Below the pieces are notes generated by a model. That model was not told where the DNA came from and ran no database searches. It saw only the letters and a list, made by a program, of their open reading frames with translations. A stretch of 64,000 nt of DNA from Takakia lepidozioides (taxonomy: Eukaryota; Plantae; Bryophyta), in assembly GCA_030704615.1 (NCBI GenBank), contig CM060732.1, positions 70,742,001-70,806,000 of the forward strand, given 5' to 3'. Both the position numbers and the translations under genes were made by a program. Below, in pieces: positions 24,201-37,551 of the stretch (position 1 is its first letter; each line of letters begins with the position of its first letter).

Positions 24201-24780
24201 GGATCCTCCACTATCGCATTGTTGGTGCGCTTGTCATCTGGACCGTAGCAGCATTGATACGTGGACATAAAAATCACAAACGATATCCATCGACTTCTGG
24301 AAGCATGAAATCACAGTACGTGGGTACGAAAAATGGTAACAGACATGTAATTTGACTACAAAAGGACGATGAGGATGGTGCACACATGAGACTATTCAGA
24401 AAACTGTTGGCTCTCGGCTCTTTTAGCATGCCGGGTTGCACTTTAGTATGGACATTCACCCAAAACTGAGTGGGGTAGTCCACCAAACTCTCTTCTGTCA
24501 TCAACTCTATCCCACGGTATGCAGGCCTTCTGAACATTCTGTCGCGCACCCATATAACCATATTGCGTGTGTCTCTTCCACTGGAGGTCCTTCGTGTTGA
24601 AGGGTCCTGGTTTGGGTGTTTGCCAACTTTGTCGAAGAGGCCGTATAATCCAACTTCCCGTTTTTAGTATATCATCGCCTTCTGCTTCCACGTCCATGCC
24701 CTGTACAATACAGAGGATACGCTTCAAGACCTGCAAGAAACGCGCCGCAGTACACTGAACACGATGGACAACGTGCAAGG
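21300..24780 (-). mobile_element. Mutator/MULE transposase gene with SWIM finger, spliced and pseudogenised
   Basis: FTIGIQTEWQ...ACDATFGTN (first catalytic D), AFIVNDADAEINAI, CLWHVRRAW, DTNASIEAYH (catalytic E) and SWIM SCTCPWAMKGNLCKH; stops and frameshifts; element ends not resolved. Confidence 0.9.
22300..23250. repeat. 100-bp-period minisatellite inside a transposase intron (intron 22278-23280)
   Basis: gtgagtctt units start at 22643, 22743, 22843 and 22943, with degenerate cagcggacttgc flanks. Minus-strand gtaagt donor at 23280 and cag acceptor at 22278 join AI-T-AIFRGVLIFLCLWH in frame. Confidence 0.85.
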
Positions 24781-25349
24781 AGCATCAGTGCGCACGTTCG
24801 CGGCTGTTGGCGAGTGGCAGGCGGCAGGGATAAGGTTTGAATTCATGCCCTAAAAATGGAGGGCTCAGATGGCATTTACGAACGGATGGTCCAGATGCGG
24901 CATCATCAGTGGACTGGAGGAAAGCGGACTCATGGGCGGCGGATTGGCGGGCAGACTGTTGGGTGGACTGGCCGGGACTGGCACAACGGACTGGCATGGA
25001 TGGCTTGGATGGCTTTCTCAGAATGGACGATCCAGATCCTTCGGCCGGCGCGGACTGGCAGACTGGGGGGCAGCAGACGGGCACAGCGGACTATTGGGTG
25101 GACTTGCGGGGACTGGCACAGCGGACTGGCGTGCACAACGGACTGGCCGGCAGACTGGCGGTTTGGCGGACTAAGGAGAACTGGACTCACGGGCAGCGGA
25201 CTGGTTGAGTACTGGCCGCGGCGGATTTGGGGGCGCGGCTGGTGGGGCGTGGCACCAGCTAGGCGACCGCGCGCAGCGGCGGGTCCGGGTGGGGGAGCCA
25301 TGCGTCCGTGCGTGGGGCCCACCGGTCAGCACGCGCGTGCGCCGTAACA

Positions 25350-25860
25350 TCCCAATTATTGTAAAATGAGAGGCTTTATCAATAGCCTCAAAGACATATA
25401 CACATCCAAGAGTTTGTTCAAATGCTAGTTGGTTGTGAACAAGCATTTGTTTGTTTGTGTAATATAAATGTGGAATGCAATTTGTCATTTACTATTGGAG
25501 AAACGTTAACATCAACATCATTAAAATTATCCATCCATATATATTGTCAGTCTTTGCCAATTCAAGAGCTTTTGATTCTAAATCGATCCAATTAGAATGA
25601 TCGTGCATGTTAGTTGGAAATTGAAATATACGCATTAATGAAATTGAAGACTCATGAACAACATATGCATCATGCCATATTTTATTATTGTTTTTGTGAT
25701 TCTTAAGGGATGAAAAAGTAATAGTTGTTCCCTATAAGAGTTTCTTGGATCTCGATGCATATTATAATGCACATATGGAAAATACGGATGTCGTATCTTC
25801 TCACGGCCTCTCACCAAGTCTATGCACATAAGACAGCCATACAAAACTCAATTTTCTGAA
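25350..25860 (-). mobile_element. Helitron Rep/helicase fragment
   Basis: YVHYNMHRDPRNSYREQLLLFHPLR resembles the DPEnyyReqLlLFxPfR segment of Helitron RepHel proteins; AT-rich and degenerate. Confidence 0.6.
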
Positions 25861-25871
25861 GTGCAAATGAG

Positions 25872-26290
25872 TGGTGGCAGAGACAAAAGTTTACCTTAAG
25901 GATAGACCTGCAGAGGAAGAAGTCATCCTCAAAGTCAATCAAGTCAGGGGGTGGGTATGAACATTTTTCCAAAGATACTAGAGATCCACAAGTGACACCA
26001 ATGTTAAAAGGCCATGGGCAGAAACTCGATTAGCCTCGAAAGACAATCCTGTTTCAGTATCCAACGTAGAACATCAATTTACAACTACCTGATGTTGATA
26101 TGCTGGCAGACACAAAGGTTGACCTTTTCTTCAAAGATAGACCTGCAGGGGAAGAAGTTTCTTCAAAGTCCCGCCTACTTTGTCAGTGCCACCTAGTCTT
26201 GCACTGGCCCTTGTGCATACTGGTTTGCAAGAAGACTTCCTCTGCAGGTCTGTCCTTGAGGAAAAGGTAAATGTTTTGTCTGCCATCACT
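25872..26290. repeat. Three copies of a ~60-bp motif, two forming an inverted pair
   Basis: tggcagac...accttttc...gatagacctgcag..gaag at 25872-25935 (+), 26102-26160 (+) and 26231-26290 (-). Confidence 0.7.
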
Positions 26291-27532
26291 AGTTTCCAAC
26301 AGAATGAACTGCACAGTGTGATGCTAGATTACTTGCCTCGGTCATGCACAGATCAGAAAATTGCATTCTTGGATGACTGTTTTGCCTGCATGACAGAGAT
26401 GTTGTGAGGCCGGTTATACATCGGAGTTGGAGTTTCGGATTGCACGTTCAACATTGTTCACAAGTGTCAAACACAGTTCCACTTTCTTGAGTACTTCCAG
26501 TAGAAATCAGTATGTCATTCATGGCTGCTGTAGTTTATGCAAGAAGTGTTTTCTCTCCCACAAATCATGGTATAGCATCAGAATCTCCATTATTTGTGAA
26601 AAATGTTTGTACCCTCTCTGAAGTTGTTCGACATTAAACTAGTCTTCCTTCCTCTTGCTTGACAGCCTTGGCTCATTAGTTCATGCATATTCCCTCATCT
26701 TTAGACTCTAAAACCTGGGTTACCTCTTGATTTTAATTGTATGATTGCCACTCCAAACAGGATATCAAACCGCCAAGTAACAGAATCTATGCTTTGTGGC
26801 TATGCCCTTTTTCTAAGTTCAGTCAGAACCTGTCGACGCTGGCCAAGAAGCGAAGTTTTGGCCAAGTTGCTGACATCCTTAAGAGCGCCTCTCTAAAAGC
26901 ACAGATTTCTTTCTCGGTGGGTGATGCTGCTGCATTTCAGAGCCTCTGTAAACCTGAAACTGCATCACTGTTGTTATTATTTCATTGGATTTGGATTTGG
27001 ATTTGCAACGTGACCAAGATGGAGCTTGGAAGATGGAGAGAGCAATGGCCCACATTGTCTCCTGCACTGTGTTTAGTCTTCTGACCACCGCTTTCGTGGA
27101 TAGCCATGCACACAGTGCCCGCATCCCCTCTTCCTCTGCCTCCCAAAACCTGTCCCATCCGTTTCGCAGACGGGTCTTATGGCGTAGGACTGATGAACAG
27201 AGTTAGCTTCTGCAAGTGTGAGAACCACGAAAAGCTGGTGGCACGTGTGGAGGGCTGCCTACATGCTGGACCGTTAATGATGGACGAGCTGTTGCTGCCA
27301 GCAGGGTGGATTGTTGTGAAGGTTGGTTGGTGGCATACACCAGCCTATACCCCGCGCGAAGACGATGCTGAATGCCAAGTAGAGAAGAGTGATCTCCGCA
27401 ATCTCAAACAATTTGGTCTCAAGTTTTATCCGGAGTGGCTAGAGAACAGAGAGCTTGTCGAGTGTGCTTGAATCGTTTGGTTGTTGAGAAGAATTGTTGT
27501 GGCGGAGGACTGAAGAGGTCGTATATAGCAGT

Positions 27533-30500
27533 ATGACGCAGGACGATGGCAACAAGGATGCGGAATGCGAAGTATGGCCACCGATGGTACTGGTTCAAGA
27601 AGCAGATAAGAGCGAGATCTCACCGGTGTGCCTTACCGACCTTAAAATGTACCTGGCGTATTTGGATTTGGAGTTTTGTCATGAAAGACTTCACGTAGTT
27701 GAAGGACAACTCAGTTGCATATCTTTGTTTTATGTGTTCCCACCTTTGGGTAGCTCATTTGTTGACGCTAAGAGATTGGAACGGAATTGGGGATGCCTCG
27801 ACTTTACGTGGGACACAACAAGTCCGGCGATTGGCACGACAATGTGTTGTTATGCAAAGGTAGCAGACATGAATGAGATTGACCCAGCCCGACAGATTGT
27901 AAAGGGATGGGCATCCCGTGAATTGCTGAGTTCAACCTCTGCTGCTGTCAACAAGGTTGTGAATATCTCTCACGCACACATGCACTTACATGCGTTCATT
28001 CCTCATACTTCGCCTTGGGCTCTAATCAGACATTGCAAAGTTTACTTTATTTTTATTCTTTGATTCTCTCTCCTTCTCTCTATGGGCGCGTTTGAGGCGA
28101 TGCTGCTCAAATGTAAACTTACTTAAAGATACGTAGGGATGACTATGGCTAACTTGTCAACTTCCAGGATCAACATGGAAATCAATTTCCAACACAACCA
28201 CACGAAGCGCAAATCAAATTACCATTCCGAATGACAGACCTGTGTACGAGAATCAAGGAAGCCCAGGTCTCAAAGCTGAAGTTTAGAGCGGCCACCGATC
28301 GCCAGGATGAGCTTCATAATAGGCGAGTGAGTAGCTATCCCTTTATGGCTTATGTGCTCTTTGGATCAAATGATCTTAATTTGAATAAATAAGCCCCAGA
28401 ATAATTTGTGAGAGAAACACACCAGAATAATATTCCCCAACTGCTTGATACGGGGCGATGTGATGTCTATGCATGTTTGAGATGACGAACCTTACAAGTG
28501 TCTTGGGCGATTTGTTAGTCTACGAATTGGAGATTGGGTAGTGGTCATTTGACTGAGGAATGATCTTGTGATTTTTATAGACCCTAGAGCACAGTCCCTG
28601 GTTTATGTAAGAAAATAATGCTTGGAATGGAAGTACAACTTCTATTGACTGTAGGTGGAGAATCTTCAGTGGGGTTTTAAGGATGCAATCAGCTCATTCC
28701 TCAAGGACGACAAGGAGCGGGTGATGTGGCTGCAGCAACTTTGGGCCCCTTGTGGCGAACTCCTTGCAAGTGAGAGTGAGGAGCGTTTTCTTAAATTGTT
28801 GCATACCTCAACGGGTGTTGAGGGAGACTTACTCTTGAAAATGTAGGTGAATGTGCGTCTGTCCTTGTACTCTTCCCCCCTTCTGTACACCTGCATTCAT
28901 AGCCGCAGCAGATGGATACGGCAAAGTCATGGTAAAGAGTTTCTTTTAGAAACCTCGGAATGACCAGTCTAGCTGAATCTCATTTTGGGGATTAGCTCAC
29001 CATTGGACTGTCCCTTTCCACTACGGCAGTGAGCCCCCCATTCTTTCTTTCCGCTGCTGTTCCCTCTCTCCACGTTTTTCTTCTGCTCTTTTCAAAGTGC
29101 GTGCAGGGTCTACAGCTAGAAGCTGTGGCAAGCAATGTCCAAGTATCAGGTTCTTTCGATATAGTAAATACCTTCTTTGTTACTTTATTGAGTTCATAAG
29201 CTCAATCTTAACCTGGTGGGTCATATACCTAGAAGCACTCAAACCCCACAACCTTCAAGATCAAAAGTAGCCCATTTTGCATGATGTTGCTCATCTTTCC
29301 TGATAAAGCTGCTGGAGACCTAGTTCTTGCAGTTCTCCTTCATGACTAGTAGATTTTCACTCTGCATGTATTGGACTTATGGTGGCCATCATGTCCTATC
29401 TACCAAGACCCAAATACTTTCAGGTCTTCACAGATTTCAAACTCTTGGGGACATGTAAGATCCTTTTCTCTATCTCTCCATCTCTCCATCTCAAGGACCC
29501 AAACCGTTTAATCCTTGAAGAGTAGTCTCCGCACTGGGACTATATCACTATAACTAGCAGGCATATTTGTGCAAGACAGAGAGAAACATTCTCTAATCTC
29601 AAGTTAAAGAGAGATCTGGCTACATGGGAAGTTCAAGATACTATGACAGATTTTGTCAATGGTATCTCGCAGGACAAGATTGGCCAGGGAGAGGGAGATG
29701 GACACACTCGACCTGATAATACAAGAGAGTGAACTTGCTACAGCCGAGCAAAAGGAACTACAAAAATGTCAAGAGGAATTCTGGTTATTGCTAAAAGCAT
29801 CTTTGTGGAAGCATCGCGAGGATGCAATGAAGGTTAGCTTTCTTTCTCTCTACCTTGCACACAGATTCCATATTTCATGCTATCTATGTGTGTTTTCCAG
29901 TCAAGAGGAATCCTGAATTTGAATTAGTGGTTGGTTCCTGTTGCTGAAAGGTATGGGTGCAACTGACAGCTCCTCCTGAATTGGCGACAAAAACGAGAGT
30001 CCATATTGGAGCGAAGGGTGAATGAAAGGATGCAGTTGGTGGAGCACAGCAAAGTCACCAAGAAAGAGACTATCATGCTTCAAAGTATGCTGTCCATTGA
30101 GGCTACTGTCGGCGTGATGAAAAAGGTGAACCTCTTTTGGAGCTCAACCACTACCAGTCACCTTTCTGTTCACCTGTCACTATGACTGAATGGTCTCTTT
30201 GGTCAGTGTTTGGGTTCCATTGCAATGACAGCCATGCAAGCTTCAGTGTGTAGCTCTGCCTCACAAGTGACTTGGGTGGCCTCTACCAAAACGCTTTTAA
30301 TGCAAGTGCCTAAAAGCATTTTGACCGCATGTGGTTGTTGGAAATCATCTTGTACAGAACACTCTAGACAATGTATGATGACAGAAATCATAGGTGATAT
30401 CTTTCCCAGTTTTATTTCATGAAACTAAGAGTGTCCGTCCATTCCGTTTGTCTTCAAAGTTTGGATTGCCCTATGGTTTTTTGATGATTTCTATACACGT

Positions 30501-31087
30501 GTGGTTCTGTTCCAGGTCGAGAATGTCACCAGATCAGAGAAAGAGGACATGGAGAAGAAGCACAAAACAGAGGGGTGAGGTTGTTGAGAGAGAAAGAGGA
30601 CATGGAGAACAAGCACAAAATGGAAGAAGCGAGGTTATTGCGAGAGAAAAAAGATATGGAGAAGAAGCACAAAATGGAAGAGGCGAGGTTATTGAGAGAG
30701 AAAGAGGACACAGAGAAGAAGCACAAAATGGAAGAGGCGAGGTTATTGAGAGAGAAAGAGGACACGGAGAAGAAGCACAAAATGAAGGAGGAGACATTAC
30801 AAAGAGAGCTTCAAGATGCAAGGGAAGCATTGCGAAAGATTGAGGAAACTGTAGAGCAAGAATCTGAGTGCGCTGTTTGTGCTCTAGAAATGGAAGGCAT
30901 CAAAGGGATTCGGAAAAGGCGGTTGAGTAACTCTGGTGTTGAGCCAACTCGAAAGAGAGAGTGTTTCAAACCATGCAACCATGCCGGGGTCTGTTATGTG
31001 TGTGCCAAGCAGATCTGGACACAGACTAAGAAATGTCCCCTATGCAACGCCCAACTCACAGAGATACCAACTGCCATTTTCTTGTGA
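27533..31087 (+). CDS. XS-domain (SGS3/IDN2-like) + coiled-coil + C-terminal C3HC4 RING protein; exons ~27533-27955, 28168-28326, 28655-28842, 29673-29832, 30516(or 30533)-31087; possible 1-nt frameshift in the last exon
   Basis: EVWPPMVLV...VFPPLGSSFVDAKRLERNW...CYAKVADMNEID matches XS hallmarks. Exons 1-4 join in frame via GT-AG introns. RING: CAVC...KPCNHAGVCYVCAKQIW....KCPLC. Start codon uncertain. Confidence 0.65.
30538..30790 (+). repeat. 54-bp coding tandem repeat (RLLREKEDMEKKHKMEEA, ~4.7 units)
   Basis: Visible in ORF 30575..31087; the first unit is 1 nt short. Confidence 0.9.
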
Positions 31088-32329
31088 CTATCACCACACT
31101 GATGCACCATCAAAGACTACATTTGGATCCAATATACAGATGGCACGCACCAGCCGGTTCCATTTGGAATTTTTGAAGTTATGAAGAGAAGATAGAGTTG
31201 GGCTTAGTAACGAGGAGCCCATCAGGCTCGATAAAATTGTGTAACTTCACGGTTGGGATTGCCATCAAAAGTAGGCAACAAACTATCAATGTGTGTAATT
31301 AGGCGTAGTTTCGCCCTGTTGGATTTGAGCTGAAACACAACTATAATCCAAAGAGCAAGGTCTATATGAAGCTGATATGCACCTTTGTGCTTCATAGGAA
31401 GCTTCCTGGTTTGTCAAGGCTCTGCAGGTGTCCTCAAGCTGGACTATGGGACCTCTTGCCAAAAACAACCAGGAGACTACAGTGGGCATTATGTTTTGGC
31501 CTGTAGGTGCATTGCTTCGTGTCTGGATCTTTTTGCTTGTCACCATCTGTCTGTTGGGCCTGTCTGAGGTCATGAGGTCATGTTTGATTCAGGGGGCATC
31601 GACACCCTGGAAGTCTCATGCACTGACTTGAAAACCATTTGGCATCTGGGTGAAAGACCAGAATGTTGGTCATGAATCTGGTTGACTTGTGATCCAGATT
31701 GCTGAGCAACCTCCGCAATATAGGAATTTGCGTGGGGGTTTGTCGGGCCTGCCAGTTAGGAGGGTCACAGATACGGACACGCTGGGTGGGGGCCTCCAGA
31801 GAATAGCGGGGCAGAGACGAGATCGTGTTTTTTCTCTAGATGCCTGGATGCATTTTCGTTCCCAAATGTTTCTATTCGTTTTCCAACTGACTTGCTGCAC
31901 TGACTATGTCCAGTTTCCACCTCTGAAACTAACTCTCCTCATTGAAGCGGATGCAGCTGCATACCAGCGCCAAAGGAAAGTAACATGGATGGTAAAACAC
32001 CGAAACGCGAAGGGCGTAGTTGTTCCAGTCTAAACACATGTGCACATCGTTGCAACAATCCGCTCGTAGTTCCCACTTCAGAAAAGCCTGCAGATAATGC
32101 TTCGTCTTGCTCATGAGAAGAAACCCCGAGCACACACAAATTGTTAAATTAATTTGCGAAGGTGATGCAATGCAGTGCAGTCTGCATGTGCTGTCTCATG
32201 GATTGCTGGTTGTCCCAACGGGTGTGGTCGCTGATCTCTTCCTTCGACCTCTTGTGGAATTTCATCCCCCCCCCACCTCCCTCTCCGCTTTTCATTCTTC
32301 TATTTAACATTCACAACTCCACTTCTTGG

Positions 32330-32640
32330 TCTCCTTGTCCAGTATGGGGGGTTCTCAGAGCTCACATTCTTGGCATCTATGGAAAACAATCTATGACTTT
32401 GAGATGTGATTTTTTCTACAATGGAAAGCCGCCCAGCATTAGACAAGTACTTTTTACTGTGTACTGCAATGTAATGACTGAGTGGCGCAAGGTTTGGCAG
32501 GGAATCATAGACATTTTGTGCAGATGTTCAGAGGGTCGAAGGACCAAGCTCCTTGAAGGGTTCGACGCCTCCTGGGGAAAAGCAGGTCGCCTCGCATCCC
32601 AGGCATCTTGGAATTCAATTCAAGCCGGGCACCATAATGA
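32330..32640 (+). mobile_element. LINE ORF2 3'-end remnant
   Basis: CPVWGVLRA...NVMTEWRKVW...FDASWGK aligns with ORF 38706..39131. Confidence 0.65.
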
Positions 32641-33559
32641 AGTCAATTGGCAGCAAAGAGAAGTTAGGAACCGAAAATCAAGGCCCACCTTAGTTTCGAG
32701 CCGCTTGTTAGATGTGGGCATCCCTTCCTGCTCTTTCACAATCTTTTTGCTCGCTTGTCTCCTCACGCTCTTTCAGTGCAATTTCGGGCTCCTTCTCCTT
32801 CTTCAAGAAACAGAATCTACATTTAAAGTTTATTGCTGCATTTAAGATACCATTGAGAAGGTATCGTTTGTAGTTTCACACGATAAGTTTCGTTGACCAC
32901 TAGTTCTTATCTGAAGGCGATTCAAATATCAAGATTTGACTCCTCTACCTCGCACGCGTGCCAAGGTGGTGGCGAGTGTGAAGGGACAAGAAACTCAAAA
33001 GGCGGCGGCACTGCTTTTGATGATGCGATGGTCTCTTGAGAAAAATTGTTGGCGGCCGAGGAGTGCAGTAGTGTGAGGCAGGCTGAACGATGTATGTGAC
33101 GCGGATCAGTAGGCCCAACAATCGTTGAAATCTTGCTGCTCGCTCAAGTACCAAAAGCACTAGACTCATGGAGGAATGATGAGCTGAAGGGATGCTGGCT
33201 GAATGCTAGGACTGGACTGCAGCTCATTACTGTGGAAACGTGTGGATCTTCATCCGTGGAGCCGTGGCGATGGACCTTAGCACTGTGCAATGATCCACTG
33301 TAGTGCTTGCATCTTCTGCCTTGGGCTTTTAGTTTGATCGCACAGTGCTCCGCACTACTTAGCTGGTCCTCTTATCTTATGTTGATCTTGTTTGAGGCTG
33401 AGATGCCGGTTGAATCGTTGGTTTGTAGTTTGATGACACATTGCGCCGCACTAGGCTGATTCCTGTTATGCTGATCTTCTTTGAGGCTGAGCAGCTGCTA
33501 AATCGCTAAAGTTTTACAAGAGTTGTTGGTGGTGGAGTAAGTGAGAGGCCTACAACACC

Positions 33560-36150
33560 ACCCCCCTGCAGTACGACGCACGATGGTGAACGAAAGTAGT
33601 GGATTTAAGAACTAAGACTCAGCCATGTGCCTTTCCTCCCTTGAGGCGACCATGAAGAATTTGGGTCTGGAGTTTGATCCCAAACGACATCAGGTAGTTG
33701 GAGAATTCGTTGGGACTGCATGTCGCTTTGTTGGGAGTCACCCACCTTTGGGTAGAGCATTTGCCTTTGCTAAGAGCTTGGAACAACAAACTATGCAAAG
33801 GTAGAAGACTTGAGTGAGATCGATCCAGCTAGACGGATTGTGAAGGGATGGGCAACATGTGAATTGCGGAATTCAACTTCTGCAGTCCCCAAGGTCTGCA
33901 CATGAAGCACACACACACACGCTTAGATGCACTCACTCTTGTGGGACATTACAAACTTTTTCTTTCATTCTTTCATTCTCTTTCTGTGGGTGCTTTACTA
34001 AGACCCTAGGGGCAATTTTGCTCAGACGTAAACGGACTTGAGATTTATCAAATGTTGTATGTGTGTATGACCAGGTTCAGGATGGAAATTATGAAATTCC
34101 AACTCAAGCGTCTGCAGACGAATTCCCCATTCCGAATGACAAATCGATGTAAGAGAATCGAGGAAGCCCAAGACTCACTGCTTTCCAGAGCTTAGAGAGA
34201 CCGCAGATCGCGACAATGAGCTTCATATTAGGGACGAGAGTAGCTATCCCTGTAGTCCCTGTATCGTATTCCCAGCTGCTTGGCACTGTGATATCTATGA
34301 ATGTTTGAGACGACGAAAGTTACCATGTAGTCAAGTGGGCGATACTAGTTAGTAGCTACGAATTGGAGACTGAGTACTGTCATTTGACACTGTAATGATC
34401 TTGATCTTGTGATTGTTGGATCACCACAGATCATGAAGTCTGAAGATCCTCTTTTTGTGTCTCTTCATTTGAAGGACCCCAACGGTTTTATCCCTGAAGA
34501 TGTAGTTTCAGCACTGGAACTATATCGATATGACCAGCTATTTATGCGAGATAGAGAGAAACATTTTCTAATCTAAAGTGAAAGAGAGATGTGCAAGGGA
34601 AGTTCAAGATACTATGACAGATCCTATCAATGGTATCTCACATGACAAGATTGGCTAGAGAGAGGGAGATGGGCAGACTGGACAGATGATTTTACAAGAG
34701 ATTATGTTGACTACAAGCGAGCAATCTTGGGGAACTACCCAGATGTCAATGAGAATTCTGGTTACTGCTAAAATCATCTCCGCTGCAGCATCACAAGGAT
34801 TCAATGCAGGTTAGCTTTTTCTCTCTCTATCTTCCACACAGATTCCATATTTGATGCTGTCTACGTGTGTTTTTCAGCCAAGAATACATGACCTTGAATC
34901 CGTCAAGTGGCAAGAAAGAGACTCATACTTCAAAGTGTGCTGTCCGTTGAGGCTACTATTAGGGGTGATGAAAAGGGTGAACTTGTTTTTGAGCTTAACC
35001 CTAAACTAAAATCACCTGTCAATCTGACTGAATGGTCTCGTTGGTCAGTGGCAGGGTTCCATTGCAGTGACAACCATGCCAGCATCACTGTGGAGCTCTG
35101 CTTGAGTGGCCTCTCCAGAAACGCTTTTAATGCGAGTGCCTAAAAGCATTTTGACCACATGTGGTTGTTGGACATCTCGTACAGAACATTCTAGACATTG
35201 TATCATGTCAGAAAATCTTAAGTGATGCTTTTTCCAGTTTTATCTCACGAAACTAAGAGTGTCCATACAGTTTGTCATCAAAGTTTCGGCCATATGATTT
35301 TCTGATAATTTCTGTACCCATGTGTAGATCTGTTCTAGGTCGGGAATGTCACGATATCGGAGGAAGAGGACGTGGAGAAGAAACACAAAATGAAGGAGGA
35401 GACACTACAAAGAGAGCTTTACAAGATGCAAGGCAAGCATTGAGCAGAAAAGGCAGTTGAGCAACTCTGGTGTTGAGCCAGCTTTCATACCGCACAACCA
35501 TGCCGGGGTGTGTGATGTGTGTGCCACCACAGATCTGGACACCCTATGAAATGTCCAATGTGCAACACCCAACTCACCTAGAAACCAACTGCCATTTTTC
35601 TTGTGACTATCACCACACTGGTGCATCATTGAATCCAAGTCGACTTTTAGAAGTTTTCAAGAGAGGGACAATCTTTGCTTTTCTCTCTTGTGGTCACATT
35701 GCACACATGTGGTAGTTGTTATTCATGCCACAAAATTGAAGTTTGGAGTTGTAGTCACGGACAGACTGCACACAGCTCTATGGCCCGCCTACAAAGCCAA
35801 AAGCAATCCAAACATCTGTGTCACCCTCCGGAAAAAATGTTCAGTCTTGGTTTTCACTCGTCCCCCTAAACTCGACGGCTGCCAATTCTGGGCAATCCCA
35901 GGCTACCAGAGAGCAAGGCATACATATTGCTGATATTCATCTGTTTTCAGGGAGGTGAAGCCAGTTTGTGTGCATCATTTTCTCCTCTTCCGTTCTGATC
36001 TATGCAACTGATGTTGCCCACAGCCAAGGAGCACTGGAAAGGCTTTGCTTGCCATCTAATAGGAAGCAGCCTGGTAGGCTAATGCAGGGATCCTCAAGTT
36101 GGATCATGGATCCTCTTGCCAAAAATAATCAGGAGACTACAGTGGCATTA
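33560..36150 (+). pseudogene. Decayed tandem duplicate of the XS-RING gene, including introns and 3' flank
   Basis: 33570-33895 ~ 27530-27960; 34075-34245 ~ 28165-28345; 34460-34880 ~ 29490-29905; 34910-35620 ~ 30060-31110; 36060-36150 ~ 31397-31490; deletions and frameshifts. Confidence 0.85.
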
Positions 36151-37551
36151 TGGTTGAAGGGGCATCCAAAACGGCTTCCTCTGAGGCCCCAGACTTACAT
36201 GGGAACAGTTCTCATGATTTTCAAAGGCAAGAGGTCGGACAGACAACAGTCATATATCATATGACACGATTATAAAGATTTATCCAACTGACTCACAATG
36301 AGGGGAGTTGTACTTGCCATCCCCAAAAACAACACACGGCCCAAATTTCCATCCAGACTCTGTCTTTCAAGCACAAAGTAGGCATTGCCTGTGTATGCGC
36401 AGTCAGTCAATGCAGATGTCTTACTTATATTGTTCATTGACATGAAGTAACATAACTAACCTCTCCCTCTACCCAAGTGTATCACTCTCTGGCCACCATT
36501 CTCTGGTGAGAACCGTCTGTAACTCTCACTCAGTCTACACATTGTCTAGCTGCAGAGCAACATCTTGGACCAATCAGTAAAAACCTAATGTGCACTGTTG
36601 CGCCCACCTGCAAAAATCCCTTCATGTTGCTTGATCTTCATCAGAAGCCAGATTAGCTAGAAACAAAGCATTCACCAAAAAAGGAATGGCATCTGCTTTT
36701 CATTAAAAAAGAGTTGGCCTTTGCACAGCACTTCCAAGGTTGACAATGTACATTCTCTCTGGGGAGTATGAACTGGACAAACTCTTAAGAGCTTGTAAAT
36801 ATGCTCCTCACCATACAGAACTGAATGTGAGGTGACAGGTCCATTTCTCAGTTTGAACTGCAGAGCCACCTACTTGATGCAACCTGTAGGATGAAATCCA
36901 ACACTGCAGTATATGGAAGGAAAAAGCTTTGCAGAAAAGCATGCATATGAGCTACCTCATGGAGTATAATACTTTGAAGCTTCATTGCCACAGACCATGG
37001 CATTATGCTTGCAAGTTCCCTTCAAATTAGGGGAAAACAGCAAGGATGTGCAGCTGCTCTTACTTCTTCACTGTGCTCAAGGGATGGAAGCTTGGCATTG
37101 GAAATATCCATTTCGAGCAGCCTGATAAGAGATCATGGTTCTACAACAGGCTCCCACCCCGTGCTGCTTAGATCATGAATTCATTCAGCTGGTATTCACC
37201 CTGGTCGTTCCACATGTTCACCAACTCCAATGAAAATTTCGCATTCATAATAAAAAATCAATTCAAAGTATTCCGCACGAAGAATACTGCCACAAACGGC
37301 TCATTCTGGCAAATCCATGGCATCTCGCTGCTGTCATGTACAGCTACAACCTCTGATGCATATGCCATGTAATCAACCCTATGTCACCTATGTTTCACAC
37401 AATATGATCCCAATGCTCCCCATAAATGAGATTCTCGGGCCATATGTGTATTCATCATTTGTGTGCTACAAAAAGAATTGAAATGTCCAGTCAACCTGAG
37501 ACTGCCAAGAGAGCAGAGGTTGACAAGAGAGGGCCTAACCGGCAATCCGCA

